Origin: Eubacterium sp.
GTDB taxonomy: Bacteria; Bacillota; Clostridia; Lachnospirales; Lachnospiraceae
NCBI GenBank assembly: GCA_017459675.1
Contig: JAFUCM010000006.1
Coordinates: forward strand, 1-62,856
Reading direction: 5' to 3'
DNA length: 62,856 bases
A model generated the notes under the pieces. The model did no database searches, was not told the origin of the DNA, and saw only the letters and a program-made list of their open reading frames with translations. Below, one piece after another: positions 28,939-39,201 of the stretch. Numbering within the stretch: the first letter of the stretch is position 1; every line of letters begins with the position of its first letter. The position numbers and the translations under genes are program-made.

Positions 28939-28996
28939 CAAACAAAGGCGTTTGAAGAGTTCTCCGGCCGGGTACTCTTTGGACGTCTTTTCTTTT
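28939..28996 (+). promoter_or_regulatory. ANTAR-type hairpin plus overlapping terminator (GSIII leader)
   Basis: CAAAC-AAAGGC-GTTTG; terminator 28944-28960/28974-28990 then TCTTTT. Confidence 0.78.
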
Positions 28997-29071
28997 GTGT
29001 AAGAACCGGACCGCACAGATCCGGATGCAGGCAGCAGACCGTTTTACATTTTACAGACAGGAAGGAATGTT

Positions 29072-31162
29072 ATGAGTAAGAAAGCAAAGAAACTCCCGGA
29101 GATTTTCGGAAACATGGTGTTTGATGAAGTAACGATGAAAGAACGTCTGTCGGCGACGACCTATAAGGCGTGGAAGAAATGTGTCACGGACGGTGCGCAT
29201 CTGGAACTGTCCGCAGCAAACGGCATCGCGGAGGCGATGAAGCAGTGGGCGGTTGAGAAGGGAGCAACACATTATACGCACTGGTTCCAGCCGATGACAG
29301 GCGTGACTGCGGAAAAGCATGACAGCTTTATCGACCCGGTCGGCGGCGGACGGATCATGATGGATTTTTCCGGCAAGGAGCTGGTCAGAGGCGAGCCGGA
29401 TGCATCCTCATTTCCGTCAGGCGGACTGCGTGCGACCTTTGAGGCGCGCGGCTATACGGCATGGGATCCGACATCCTTTGCATTTATTAAAGATCAGTCC
29501 CTCTATATCCCGACGATTTTCATGTCGTATTCCGGACATTCGCTGGATAAGAAGACACCGCTTCTGAAATCTATGGATGAGGTTTCCAAACAGGCGATCC
29601 GCATCCTGCGGCTCTTCGGCGATACGGATACGAAGCGGGTCATGGCGCAGTGCGGGCCGGAGCAGGAGTATTTCCTGATTGACAAGAAGCTGTTTGCGCA
29701 GCGCGAGGATCTCCGCCTGACCGGCAGAACCCTCTTCGGCAACAAGCCGCCGCGCGGGCAGGAGCTGGAGGATCACTATTTCGGCCAGCTGAAACCGCGT
29801 GTATCCGATTATATGAAGGATCTGGATGATGAATTGTGGCGGGTCGGCGTGCTTTCCAAAACCAAGCACAACGAGGTTGCGCCGTCCCAGCATGAAATGG
29901 CGCCGGTTTATTCCAACGCAAACCAGGCATCGGATCAGAACCAGCTGACGATGGAGCTGATGAAAAAGGTTGCGGACCGGCACGGATTTGTCTGCCTGCT
30001 GCATGAGAAGCCGTTCGCGGGCGTCAACGGATCCGGCAAGCACGATAACTGGTCGCTGGGAACCGATACCGGCAAAAACCTGCTGAGCCCGGGTTCCACA
30101 CCGAGTCAGAACGCGCAGTTCCTGCTGTTTCTGGCAGCATTTATCAAGGGTGTGGATGAGTACCAGGAAGCGCTGCGCTGCACCGTCGCGAGTGCCGGAA
30201 ATGATCATCGCCTCGGCGCACAGGAGGCGCCGCCGGCAATCCTCTCCATTTTCCTCGGAGATGAGCTCGATGGCGTTGTGCGCTCCATTATCGAAGACAA
30301 AAGCTTCCAGGAAGCGGGAGACCGCACGCTGGAGATTGGCATTGACATGATGCCGACCATTCCGCTGGACAACACCGACAGAAACCGGACCTCGCCGATG
30401 GCATTTACCGGAAATAAATTCGAATTCCGCATGCTGGGGTCTTCACAGTCCATCTCGGACCCGAATACGGCGCTGAACACCATTATGGCCGAAGAACTCC
30501 GCCAGTTTGCAGATGCCCTCGAGGGCAGCAGCAATTTCCAGAAGGATCTGCATGAACTGATCAGGAAAACGCTGACAGAACATCAGCGGATTATCTTCAA
30601 CGGAAACGGATACGATCAGGCGTGGGTTGCGGAGGCAGAGCGCCGCGGCCTCGCAAATCTGGTTTCCACAGCGGATGCACTGCCGTGTTATCTGATGCCG
30701 AAAAACATTGAACTGTATGAGAAAAACGGCGTCTTCACAGAAGAGGAGATGCAGGCGCGATACAACATTTTTGTCGAAACCTACTGTGCACAGATCGCAA
30801 TCGAGGCACATACCATGGATGATATGATCCGCAGAATGATTCTGCCGGCAGTTTCTGCTTATGCGGCGGAGCTCTGCAGAAGAAGCGGAGACCTGAAGGC
30901 GGCCGGTGTACCAGTCGTGTATGAGGCAAAGACCTGCGAGCGGCTTGCGGTGCTGACAGATGCACTGCTGGATGCGACCGAGCAGCTGGAGGCACATCTC
31001 GGTCAGGTGCCGGAAGAAGAGACCGAAGCAATGAACTATTATCACCAGGTGATTCTTGCGGATATGGCATCGGCCAGGGATGCGGCGGATCAGCTGGAGA
31101 GTATCACGGATGAGAAGTACTGGCCGTTCCCGATCTACAGTGAGATGTTGTTTTCTGAATAA
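29072..31162 (+). CDS. glnN: Glutamine synthetase type III
   Basis: 696 aa; THWFQP, EKHDSF, GEPDASSFPSGGLRATFEARGYT, HEKPFAGVNGSGKH, DRNRTSP, KFEFRM. Confidence 0.93.
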   Translation: MSKKAKKLPEIFGNMVFDEVTMKERLSATTYKAWKKCVTDGAHLELSAANGIAEAMKQWAVEKGATHYTHWFQPMTGVTAEKHDSFIDPVGGGRIMMDFSGKELVRGEPDASSFPSGGLRATFEARGYTAWDPTSFAFIKDQSLYIPTIFMSYSGHSLDKKTPLLKSMDEVSKQAIRILRLFGDTDTKRVMAQCGPEQEYFLIDKKLFAQREDLRLTGRTLFGNKPPRGQELEDHYFGQLKPRVSDYMKDLDDELWRVGVLSKTKHNEVAPSQHEMAPVYSNANQASDQNQLTMELMKKVADRHGFVCLLHEKPFAGVNGSGKHDNWSLGTDTGKNLLSPGSTPSQNAQFLLFLAAFIKGVDEYQEALRCTVASAGNDHRLGAQEAPPAILSIFLGDELDGVVRSIIEDKSFQEAGDRTLEIGIDMMPTIPLDNTDRNRTSPMAFTGNKFEFRMLGSSQSISDPNTALNTIMAEELRQFADALEGSSNFQKDLHELIRKTLTEHQRIIFNGNGYDQAWVAEAERRGLANLVSTADALPCYLMPKNIELYEKNGVFTEEEMQARYNIFVETYCAQIAIEAHTMDDMIRRMILPAVSAYAAELCRRSGDLKAAGVPVVYEAKTCERLAVLTDALLDATEQLEAHLGQVPEEETEAMNYYHQVILADMASARDAADQLESITDEKYWPFPIYSEMLFSE

Positions 31163-31184
31163 GAAGCAGACAAGGAGTAACCGT

Positions 31185-34100
31185 ATGAATGGATATAGGA
31201 ATATGGAACATGACGCGTGCGGGATCGGCGCGGTTGTGAATATCGACGGCCGGCGCGATCACCGGGTTCTGGATGATGCGCTGACCATTGTCGAAAAGCT
31301 GGATCACCGCGCCGGCAAGGATGCGAGCGGGAAGGTCGGCGACGGCGTCGGTATTCTGACGCAGATTTCCCACCGGTTTTTCAAGAAGGCCGCCGCGGCT
31401 GCGGGTATCCAGACCGGTGATGCGGGCGACTACGGAATCGGCATGTTTTTCCTGCCGCAGAACCGCCTGCACCGCACATTTGCGGTCCGTATGTTTGAAG
31501 TGATCGCAGAAAAGAACGGACTGGAAGTTCTGGGATGGCGCGAGGTGCCGGTGCACCCGGAGATTCTCGGGGAACGCGCGCGGGTCTGCATGCCTTATAT
31601 CGGCCAGTGTTTTCTGCGCAGGCCGGCGCATACAGAGAAGGGGTTTGCGTTTGACCGGGAGCTGTATATCCTCCGAAGAGAGTTCGAGCAGAGCGCGGAC
31701 AGTCAGCGGACGGATGCCGGTCAGCAATTTGATAAAACGTATATCTGCTCGCTTTCCTCAAGGACCATCGTCTATAAAGGCATGTTTCTGGTAAAGCAGC
31801 TGCGCGCCTTTTATGAAGATCTGCAGAGTCCGGATTTCGTGACATCCATTGCGCTGGTGCACTCGCGGTTTTCAACCAACACGACGCCGAGCTGGGAGCG
31901 CGCCCATCCGTACCGCATGATCGCGCATAACGGCGAGATCAACACGATCCGGGGCAATGCCGACCGCATGCTGGCCCGCGAAGAAACGATGTCATCGGAA
32001 CTTCTGCGCAGTGAAGATACGATGCTGAAAATCTTTCCGGTGATCAGCGGGACGGGATCGGACTCCGGCATGCTGGACAACACGCTGGAATTCATGTATA
32101 TGAACGGCCTGGAACTGCCGTTTTCTGTCATGACGATGATTCCGGAGCCGTGGCGGCATGACGGGGATATGGACCAGAAAAAGCGGGATTTCTATCATTA
32201 TTATGCGACGATGATGGAGCCGTGGGACGGTCCTGCCGCGATCATTTTTACAGACGGCGAGACCGTCGGGGCGACGCTGGACCGGAACGGACTGCGTCCG
32301 TCGCGCTATTATGTGACAAAGGACCGCCGCCTGATCCTTGCTTCTGAGGTCGGCGTGCTGGATCTGCCGCCGGAGATGATTGTAGAGAAGAAGCGGCTGC
32401 AGCCCGGTAAAATGCTGCTGGTGGACACCGTAAAAGGTGAAGTGATCTCCGATGAGGCATGTAAAAATGCGTATGCCGGGAAGAATCCATATGGCGAATG
32501 GCTGAACCGGCATCTGCTGCATCTGGCTGAACTTCCGATTCCGAATAAAAAAATACCGATGTATTCGCCGGAGAAGCGGGAGGCGCTGTGCAAGGCATTC
32601 GGCTATACGTGGGAGGATGTCAGGGAGCTGATTCTTCCGATGGCTGAAAACGGCGCTGAGCCGATCGCGTCGATGGGACATGATATTCCGCTTGCGGCAC
32701 TCTCGGAACAGCATCAGAATCTCTTCCACTATTTCAAACAGCTTTTCGCGCAGGTTACCAATCCGCCGATTGACAGTCTGCGGGAGAAAATCGTCACGGA
32801 TACGGCGGTATTTATCGGATCAGACGGAAATCTTCTGGAGGAAAAGAGCGGCAACTGCCGCGTGCTGGAGGTGCAAAATCCGATTCTGACAGGCGTTGAC
32901 CTGATCAAGATCCGTGCGCTGGACCGGCCGGGCTTCCATACCGCGACCGTCTCCATGCTGTACTACAAGAATACTTCGCTCGCGCACGCGGTGGAACAGC
33001 TGCTGATCAGTGTGGACAGGAGTATCGGCGCCGGCGCAAACATTATCATTCTGTCTGACCGGGGCGTGGATGAAAACCATGTGGCGATTCCTTCTCTGCT
33101 GGCAGTTTCGGCGGTGGAACAGCATCTGGTAAGGACAAAGAAGCGGACAGCCGTCTCGCTGATTCTGGAGAGCGCGGAGCCCAGAGATGTGCATCAGTGT
33201 GCGTGCCTGCTGGCATTTGGAGCCAGAGCAATTAACCCGTATCTTGCACATGAATGTATTTCGGGCATGATTGACGACGGAACGCTGGATAAGGATTATC
33301 ATACGGCGATTGATGATTACAATATGGCGCTGCTGAACGGCGTGGTGCATATTGCCGCGAAGATGGGTATTTCCACCCTGCAGTCCTACCAGTCTGCCAA
33401 AATATTTGAGGCGGTCGGTATCTGCAAAGATGTCATTGACCGGTATTTTACCGGGATTGAAAGCCGGGTCGGCGGAATCGGTCTCGATGAGATCGGCGCA
33501 GGTGTGCTGTACCGGCATGATCACGCATTTGACCCGCTGGGTCTCGGCCTGGATACCGCGCTGGACAGTCTGGGATTCCACCGGCTGCGCAGCGGCACAG
33601 ACAAAGAAGACCACCTCTACAGTCCGGAGACCATTATCCTGCTGCAGCAGGCGGTCCGGACGGGTGATTATGAGAAATTCAGGCAGTATACCGAACGTGT
33701 GGACAATGAGCTGCCGCACACACTGCGCGGGCTGATGCAGTTTGCGCCGCAGCAGGATCCGGTGCCGCTCGAGGAAGTTGAGCCGGCAAGTGAGATTGTG
33801 AAGCGGTTCAAGACAGGTGCGATGAGTTATGGATCCCTCTCGCGGGAGGCACACGAGACACTGGCACGGGCCATGAACCGGATCGGCGGCAAATCCAATA
33901 CCGGCGAGGGCGGCGAGGCGGAGGACCGTTTCGGAACGGACCGGAATTCCCGCATCAAGCAGGTTGCCTCCGGGCGGTTTGGCGTCACGAGTGCCTACCT
34001 GATGAGCGCGGATGAGATTCAGATCAAGATGGCGCAGGGTGCCAAGCCCGGTGAAGGCGGACATCTGCCCGGTCGGAAGGTTTATCCGTGGGTCGCAGCG

Positions 34101-35723
34101 ACGAGATATGCGACGCCGGGCGTTTCACTGATCTCCCCGCCGCCGCATCACGATATTTACTCCATCGAAGATCTGGCGCAGCTGATCTATGATCTGAAAA
34201 ATGCAAACCGGAATGCGCGCATCAATGTGAAACTGGTATCGGAGGCGGGCGTCGGCACCATCGCGTGCGGCGTGGCCAAGGCCGGCGCGCAGGTGATCCT
34301 GATTTCCGGCTATGACGGCGGAACCGGCGCGGCGCCGTTTTCCTCTATTCACGGGGCAGGACTTCCCTGGGAGCTCGGGCTTGCCGAGGCGCACCAGGCG
34401 CTGATTGAAAACGGTCTGCGCGGAAGAGTTGCGCTGGAGACAGACGGAAAACTGATGAGCGGCAGGGACGTGGCAATTGCCTGTCTTCTGGGCGCCGAGG
34501 AATTCGGTTTTGCGACAGCGCCGCTTGTTTCCATCGGCTGCATGATGATGCGTGTCTGCAGCAAAGATACCTGCCCGGTCGGCATTGCGACGCAGAATGA
34601 GACACTGCGGAAACGCTTCAGCGGGAAACCGGAATATGTGATCAATTTTATGATGTTCATTGCAGAACAGCTGCGTGAGATCATGGCATCGCTCGGGTTC
34701 AGAACCGTAGAGGAAATGGTCGGAAGAACCGACTGCCTGATGACCAATGAACATCAGATTACGGAGCGGGCGGAGCAGATGGATCTTTCCTGCATTTTGA
34801 ACAGGAACTGTGCAAATGCCGGAATCCGTCATTTTACACCGGAGGAAAACTATCATTTCCACCTGGAGCGCACAGTGGACGAGCGTGTTCTGCTGCCGTG
34901 GCTCTATGCGCATGACGGAAAAGAAATGGCCGAGACGGCGATTGCGATTTCATCGACAGACAGAGCAGTGGGAACCATTCTCGGCTCCGAAGTGACAAAG
35001 ATTTACGGAAATTCCCTTCCGGACGATACCTTTACCGTGCACTGCAGCGGCGGCTGCGGCCAGTCATTCGGCGCATTTCTGCCGCACGGCATTACACTGG
35101 ATGTAGAAGGTGACGCAAATGACGGATTCGGCAAGGGGCTGTGCGGCGGAAAGCTGATCCTGCGGACGCCGGCCGGCAGCCACTTTGCGGCGGATGAAAA
35201 TATCATTGCCGGCAATGTGGCCCTCTACGGTGCGACAGCCGGAACCGTGTATATCAACGGCGTGGCCGGCGAGCGCTTCTGTGTCAGAAATTCCGGTGCG
35301 ACAGCAGTCGCGGAGGGCTGCGGCGATCACGGTCTGGAATATATGACCGGCGGCCGGGCCGTCATTTTGGGCAGAACCGGCAAGAACTTTGCGGCCGGCA
35401 TGAGCGGCGGCGTGGCGTATGTACTGGACCTGGACCACAGTTTGTACCGGAAGATGAACCGCGACATGGCGCCGCCGGAAGAACTGCAGGATAAATACGA
35501 CATTCAGGAGCTGCAGGAGATTCTGCGGGACTACTGCGCGGCGACCGGCTCGAAGAAGGCGGCGGAAATCCTGGGAGATTTTGACAGATTCCTTCCGCAT
35601 TTTAAGAAAATTGTGCCGGAGGAATACCAGCGGATGACAGCGGCCATCGGAAGATTTGAAGAGCAGGGGCTCTCGCATGAGAATGCGGTGAATGAGGCAT
35701 TTCATTCTTTAACCGGGGCGTAA
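31185..35723 (+). CDS. gltB: Glutamate synthase large subunit
   Basis: EHDACGIG, HSRFSTNT, MEPWDGP, FAQVTNPPID, QGAKPGEGG, CMMMRVCSKDTC; AAGGAG RBS before 31185. Confidence 0.95.
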   Translation: MNGYRNMEHDACGIGAVVNIDGRRDHRVLDDALTIVEKLDHRAGKDASGKVGDGVGILTQISHRFFKKAAAAAGIQTGDAGDYGIGMFFLPQNRLHRTFAVRMFEVIAEKNGLEVLGWREVPVHPEILGERARVCMPYIGQCFLRRPAHTEKGFAFDRELYILRREFEQSADSQRTDAGQQFDKTYICSLSSRTIVYKGMFLVKQLRAFYEDLQSPDFVTSIALVHSRFSTNTTPSWERAHPYRMIAHNGEINTIRGNADRMLAREETMSSELLRSEDTMLKIFPVISGTGSDSGMLDNTLEFMYMNGLELPFSVMTMIPEPWRHDGDMDQKKRDFYHYYATMMEPWDGPAAIIFTDGETVGATLDRNGLRPSRYYVTKDRRLILASEVGVLDLPPEMIVEKKRLQPGKMLLVDTVKGEVISDEACKNAYAGKNPYGEWLNRHLLHLAELPIPNKKIPMYSPEKREALCKAFGYTWEDVRELILPMAENGAEPIASMGHDIPLAALSEQHQNLFHYFKQLFAQVTNPPIDSLREKIVTDTAVFIGSDGNLLEEKSGNCRVLEVQNPILTGVDLIKIRALDRPGFHTATVSMLYYKNTSLAHAVEQLLISVDRSIGAGANIIILSDRGVDENHVAIPSLLAVSAVEQHLVRTKKRTAVSLILESAEPRDVHQCACLLAFGARAINPYLAHECISGMIDDGTLDKDYHTAIDDYNMALLNGVVHIAAKMGISTLQSYQSAKIFEAVGICKDVIDRYFTGIESRVGGIGLDEIGAGVLYRHDHAFDPLGLGLDTALDSLGFHRLRSGTDKEDHLYSPETIILLQQAVRTGDYEKFRQYTERVDNELPHTLRGLMQFAPQQDPVPLEEVEPASEIVKRFKTGAMSYGSLSREAHETLARAMNRIGGKSNTGEGGEAEDRFGTDRNSRIKQVASGRFGVTSAYLMSADEIQIKMAQGAKPGEGGHLPGRKVYPWVAATRYATPGVSLISPPPHHDIYSIEDLAQLIYDLKNANRNARINVKLVSEAGVGTIACGVAKAGAQVILISGYDGGTGAAPFSSIHGAGLPWELGLAEAHQALIENGLRGRVALETDGKLMSGRDVAIACLLGAEEFGFATAPLVSIGCMMMRVCSKDTCPVGIATQNETLRKRFSGKPEYVINFMMFIAEQLREIMASLGFRTVEEMVGRTDCLMTNEHQITERAEQMDLSCILNRNCANAGIRHFTPEENYHFHLERTVDERVLLPWLYAHDGKEMAETAIAISSTDRAVGTILGSEVTKIYGNSLPDDTFTVHCSGGCGQSFGAFLPHGITLDVEGDANDGFGKGLCGGKLILRTPAGSHFAADENIIAGNVALYGATAGTVYINGVAGERFCVRNSGATAVAEGCGDHGLEYMTGGRAVILGRTGKNFAAGMSGGVAYVLDLDHSLYRKMNRDMAPPEELQDKYDIQELQEILRDYCAATGSKKAAEILGDFDRFLPHFKKIVPEEYQRMTAAIGRFEEQGLSHENAVNEAFHSLTGA

Positions 35724-35791
35724 AGCCCGTGTTGGATTTACACAGTCACAGGACATTTGTAAAACGGAAAGATCAACTGAGGAGCAGAAGT

Positions 35792-37294
35792 ATGGGTAAG
35801 GAAACAGGATTTCTGGAATATGAGCGCGCCGATAACTGCGCGGCGGCGGCACTGGAAAGGATTCGGAATTTTGACGAGTTCCGGATGGCGCTGGATGAAG
35901 ATGCCAGACGGCAGCAGGGTGCCAGATGCATGAACTGCGGCGTACCCCTGTGTCAGTCCGCCATGCGGCTGTCCGGTATGGTAACGGGATGTCCGCTCCA
36001 CAACCTGATTCCGGAGTGGAATGATGAAATTTACCGGGGACATGAAGATCAGGCGCTGGCGCGCCTTCTGAAGACAAGCAATTTTCCGGAGTTTACCGGA
36101 CGGGTCTGTCCGGCGCTCTGTGAGAAGGCGTGTGTCTGCGGGCTGCACGATGATCCGGTGACAGTTCACGACAATGAGCTGTATATCATTGAGCGGGCGT
36201 TTGCGGAAGGACGTATGCAGCCGCGCGTGACAAAAAACCGGAGCGGCAAGAAGGTGGCCGTCGTCGGCAGCGGTCCTTCGGGTCTTGCCGTGGCGGACCA
36301 GCTCTCCCACCGGGGACATGATGTGACCGTATTCGAGCGCGACGACCGGATCGGCGGCCTTTTGATGTACGGGATTCCCAACATGAAGCTGGATAAGCGG
36401 GTGATTGCCAGGAGGCAGCAGCTTATGGAAGCAGAGGGTGTAACCTTCCGGACCGGCGTGGATATCGGCAGGGATCTGGCGCCGCAGGAGCTGCTGGATC
36501 AGTTTGACGCGGTTGCACTCTGCACCGGTGCCAAAAACCCGCGTCCGCTTCAGGCGGAAGGCATGGAGGAAGGCCTGAAGGGCGTGTATTATGCGGTTGA
36601 TTTTCTGAAAATGGTCACAAAATCGGTGATCAGAAAATCCGGCGGCCGCAAGTCGGCGAAAGTGCAGGCGTCCGCTGATCCGGCCGCACTGGTAAAAGGG
36701 AAGCATGTCATTGTTCTGGGCGGCGGCGATACCGGAAACGACTGTGTCGGATCGGTGATCCGGCTCGGCTGCAAATCGGTAACACAGCTTGAGATGATGC
36801 CGCAGCCGCCGGTCATGCGTCTGGAGAGTAATCCGTGGCCGGAGTGGCCGAAGGTGCTGAAAACAGATTATGGCCAGGAGGAGGCCATCGCGGTGTTCGG
36901 AACGGATCCGCGCATCTATACCACAACCGTAAAGGCGCTGCACGGAAAAGCCGGCAGGCTCAAATCGGCGGAAATCGTGCAGGTTGGATTTGACCAGGGA
37001 AAGCTTGTGCAGAAGGAAGGAACAGAAAAGACCATCCCCTGTGATCTGCTCCTGATCGCGGCCGGATTTATCGGGTGCCAGCCGTATACGGCAGAGGCAT
37101 TCGGCGTGGAACTGACCGGGCGCGGGACAACCGCGACAGCGGAGGGGAGCTACCGCACGAATGTCGAAAAAGTATTTACGGCGGGAGATATGCACCGGGG
37201 CCAGTCCCTTGTTGTGTGGGCGATTGCCGAGGGGCGCGGCTGTGCGCTGGAGATCGACCGGTACCTGATGGGGTATACGGATATGGATGTGTAA
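35792..37294 (+). CDS. gltD: Glutamate synthase small subunit
   Basis: [52 protein letters not shown]. Confidence 0.93.
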   Translation: MGKETGFLEYERADNCAAAALERIRNFDEFRMALDEDARRQQGARCMNCGVPLCQSAMRLSGMVTGCPLHNLIPEWNDEIYRGHEDQALARLLKTSNFPEFTGRVCPALCEKACVCGLHDDPVTVHDNELYIIERAFAEGRMQPRVTKNRSGKKVAVVGSGPSGLAVADQLSHRGHDVTVFERDDRIGGLLMYGIPNMKLDKRVIARRQQLMEAEGVTFRTGVDIGRDLAPQELLDQFDAVALCTGAKNPRPLQAEGMEEGLKGVYYAVDFLKMVTKSVIRKSGGRKSAKVQASADPAALVKGKHVIVLGGGDTGNDCVGSVIRLGCKSVTQLEMMPQPPVMRLESNPWPEWPKVLKTDYGQEEAIAVFGTDPRIYTTTVKALHGKAGRLKSAEIVQVGFDQGKLVQKEGTEKTIPCDLLLIAAGFIGCQPYTAEAFGVELTGRGTTATAEGSYRTNVEKVFTAGDMHRGQSLVVWAIAEGRGCALEIDRYLMGYTDMDV

Positions 37295-37314
37295 CAGAAA
37301 GGACGTTATAGGAT

Positions 37315-38739
37315 ATGGAAGAACTGTTCCATCAGAGAGGAGAGGGGACGGATTCCTGGCAGGGTGTGCGGGAGGAATGTGGTGTCTTCGGCGCGTTTGA
37401 CGTGGAAGGGCATGATGTCGCCCCGCTGGTGTATTATGGTCTGATGGCGCTGCAGCACCGGGGGCAGGAGGCCTGCGGGATTGCGGTTTCGGATACGGCA
37501 GGACCGCGGGATGCGATTTTCCGGAAGAAGGATCTGGGCCTGGTGAGTGAGGTGCTGCAGGACGCGGCTGCCGGGAATATGCACGGGAATCTGGCGGTCG
37601 GACATGTGCGGTATTCGACGACCGGCGCCTCCACCAGAGAGAATGCACAGCCGCTGGTGCTGCATTACCTGAAGGGCGCGCTTGCGCTTGCGCACAACGG
37701 GAATCTGGTCAATACGAATGCGCTGCGCGCGGAGCTGGCGTACAGCGGGGCAATCTTCCAGACGACAACGGACTCGGAGCTGATCGCGTATCTGATTGCG
37801 CGCGAGCGTGCCCGGACGGGGAGTATTGAGGCGGCCGCAGCGGCTGCTGCAAAAAAGCTGCAGGGCGGTTTTTCGCTGGTGATTAAGAGCCCGCGGAAAC
37901 TGATTGCAATGCGTGATCCGCTGGGTCTGAAGCCGCTCTGTATCGGCAAAACGGGAAGCTGCTATGTGGCTGCTTCTGAAAGCTGTGCGCTCGATGCGGT
38001 CGGCGCGGAACTGATCCGGGATGTACTGCCGGGTGAGATTCTGACGATTACGGCGGAGGGAATCCGGTCTGACCGCACGATGCTGCAGGAGCAGCATGCG
38101 AAATGTGTCTTCGAGTGGATTTATTTTGCGCGGCTGGACAGCTGCATAGACGGAATCAGTGTGCTGGAGGCCAGACGGCGCGCCGGGAGATTTCTGGCGC
38201 GGGGAAACAGGGTTGATGCAGATCTGGTGACAGGTGTGCCGGATTCGGGTCTTGCGGCAGCAGAAGGTTATGCGCTTGAGAGCGGGCTTCCATTCGGTCT
38301 GGCGTTTCACAAGAACAGTTACATCGGGAGAACCTTTATCCGTCCCTCGCAGGCGGCGCGGTCCAGCGGCGTCCGCATGAAGCTGTCTGTTCTGAAAGCG
38401 GCCGTCGCCGGAAAGCGGCTGGTTCTGGTGGACGACTCGATTGTCCGCGGGACGACTATGCAGAATCTGATCCGGATGCTCCGGGCTGCGGGCGCAAAAG
38501 AGGTACATGTGCGGATCAGTGCGCCGCCTTTTTTGTATCCCTGCTATTACGGGACAGATGTGCCAACCCGGAAGCAGCTGATTGCCTCCTCGCATTCAGA
38601 AGTGGAAATCAGAGAGATGCTGGGGGCGGATTCGCTGGCCTATCTGGACGTGAGGCATCTGCCGGAAATGGCCGGAACAGAGGAAATCTGTGCCGCCTGC
38701 TTCTGCGGGAAATATCCGACGGCACTGCCGGAGATATGA
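37315..38739 (+). CDS. purF: Amidophosphoribosyltransferase
   Basis: Propeptide then EECGVFG, LQHRGQE, GHVRYST, HNGN, VLVDDSIVRGTT, C.ACF.GKYP. Confidence 0.93.
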   Translation: MEELFHQRGEGTDSWQGVREECGVFGAFDVEGHDVAPLVYYGLMALQHRGQEACGIAVSDTAGPRDAIFRKKDLGLVSEVLQDAAAGNMHGNLAVGHVRYSTTGASTRENAQPLVLHYLKGALALAHNGNLVNTNALRAELAYSGAIFQTTTDSELIAYLIARERARTGSIEAAAAAAAKKLQGGFSLVIKSPRKLIAMRDPLGLKPLCIGKTGSCYVAASESCALDAVGAELIRDVLPGEILTITAEGIRSDRTMLQEQHAKCVFEWIYFARLDSCIDGISVLEARRRAGRFLARGNRVDADLVTGVPDSGLAAAEGYALESGLPFGLAFHKNSYIGRTFIRPSQAARSSGVRMKLSVLKAAVAGKRLVLVDDSIVRGTTMQNLIRMLRAAGAKEVHVRISAPPFLYPCYYGTDVPTRKQLIASSHSEVEIREMLGADSLAYLDVRHLPEMAGTEEICAACFCGKYPTALPEI

Positions 38740-38882
38740 GGTGGTGCATGAGACAGGATCAACGAAGATGGGAGTCCCCCGTCTCTACAGGCGATTGAAT
38801 ATGTCATCCGGTCTGCAGGCCGGTAAAATCCGTCCGGAGCAAATATATAAAAATGATATATACAGATTACTGAAAAAGCATA

Positions 38883-38911
38883 TTGACATGACAATGATCC
38901 TGTAGTATGCT
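38883..38911 (+). promoter_or_regulatory. sigmaA-type promoter of amtB-PII
   Basis: TTGACA-N17-TATGCT. Confidence 0.7.
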
Positions 38912-38921
38912 GTAGCAGGAA

Positions 38922-38978
38922 CGAACAAAGATGTTTGGGCAGGAGAAAGGAATCTGCCGCGTCTTTGTTCTTTTCTTT
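38922..38978 (+). promoter_or_regulatory. ANTAR-type hairpin plus terminator 1 (amtB leader)
   Basis: CGAAC-AAAGAT-GTTTG; GAACAAAGATG pairs with CGTCTTTGTTC, then TTTTCTTT. Confidence 0.7.
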
Positions 38979-39011
38979 ATTTGCGGGAGGAAAAACTCCG
39001 CGCATCTACAT

Positions 39012-39065
39012 ATGGCAAAGGCGCCGTTCTGAAAATGTATGTTTTCGGAGACGGCGCCTGTTTTT
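39012..39065 (+). promoter_or_regulatory. ANTAR-type hairpin plus terminator 2 (amtB leader)
   Basis: ATGGC-AAAGGC-GCCGT; AGGCGCCGT/ACGGCGCCT then GTTTTT. Confidence 0.75.
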
Positions 39066-39201
39066 ACGTTATCGGGAATTCTTCGAATTTCCGACAGCCA
39101 GGAAGGCGTGCACAACGTGGATCGGTCCGACACCGGCCGGAGGGCAGATTTACCGGCGCAGCCTGAAGCAGCAAGTACTTACATGAGGGAGGCAGTTTAT
39201 C

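Noticed and set aside
31056-31184. N-terminal extension of GltB from the ORF track
   Set aside because: Overlaps the GSIII 3' end; the RBS and EHDAC propeptide indicate a start at 31185. Upstream starts were likewise trimmed for 3973, 6309, 35729, 41207, 45797, 46716, 50468, 59690 and 62539
35738-37648. 636-aa minus-strand ORF (and similar long antisense ORFs at 2678-3754, 17912-18880, 32820-34064, 37306-38595, 43416-44903)
   Set aside because: Antisense shadows of well-supported genes in GC-rich codon usage; no recognisable motifs or RBS
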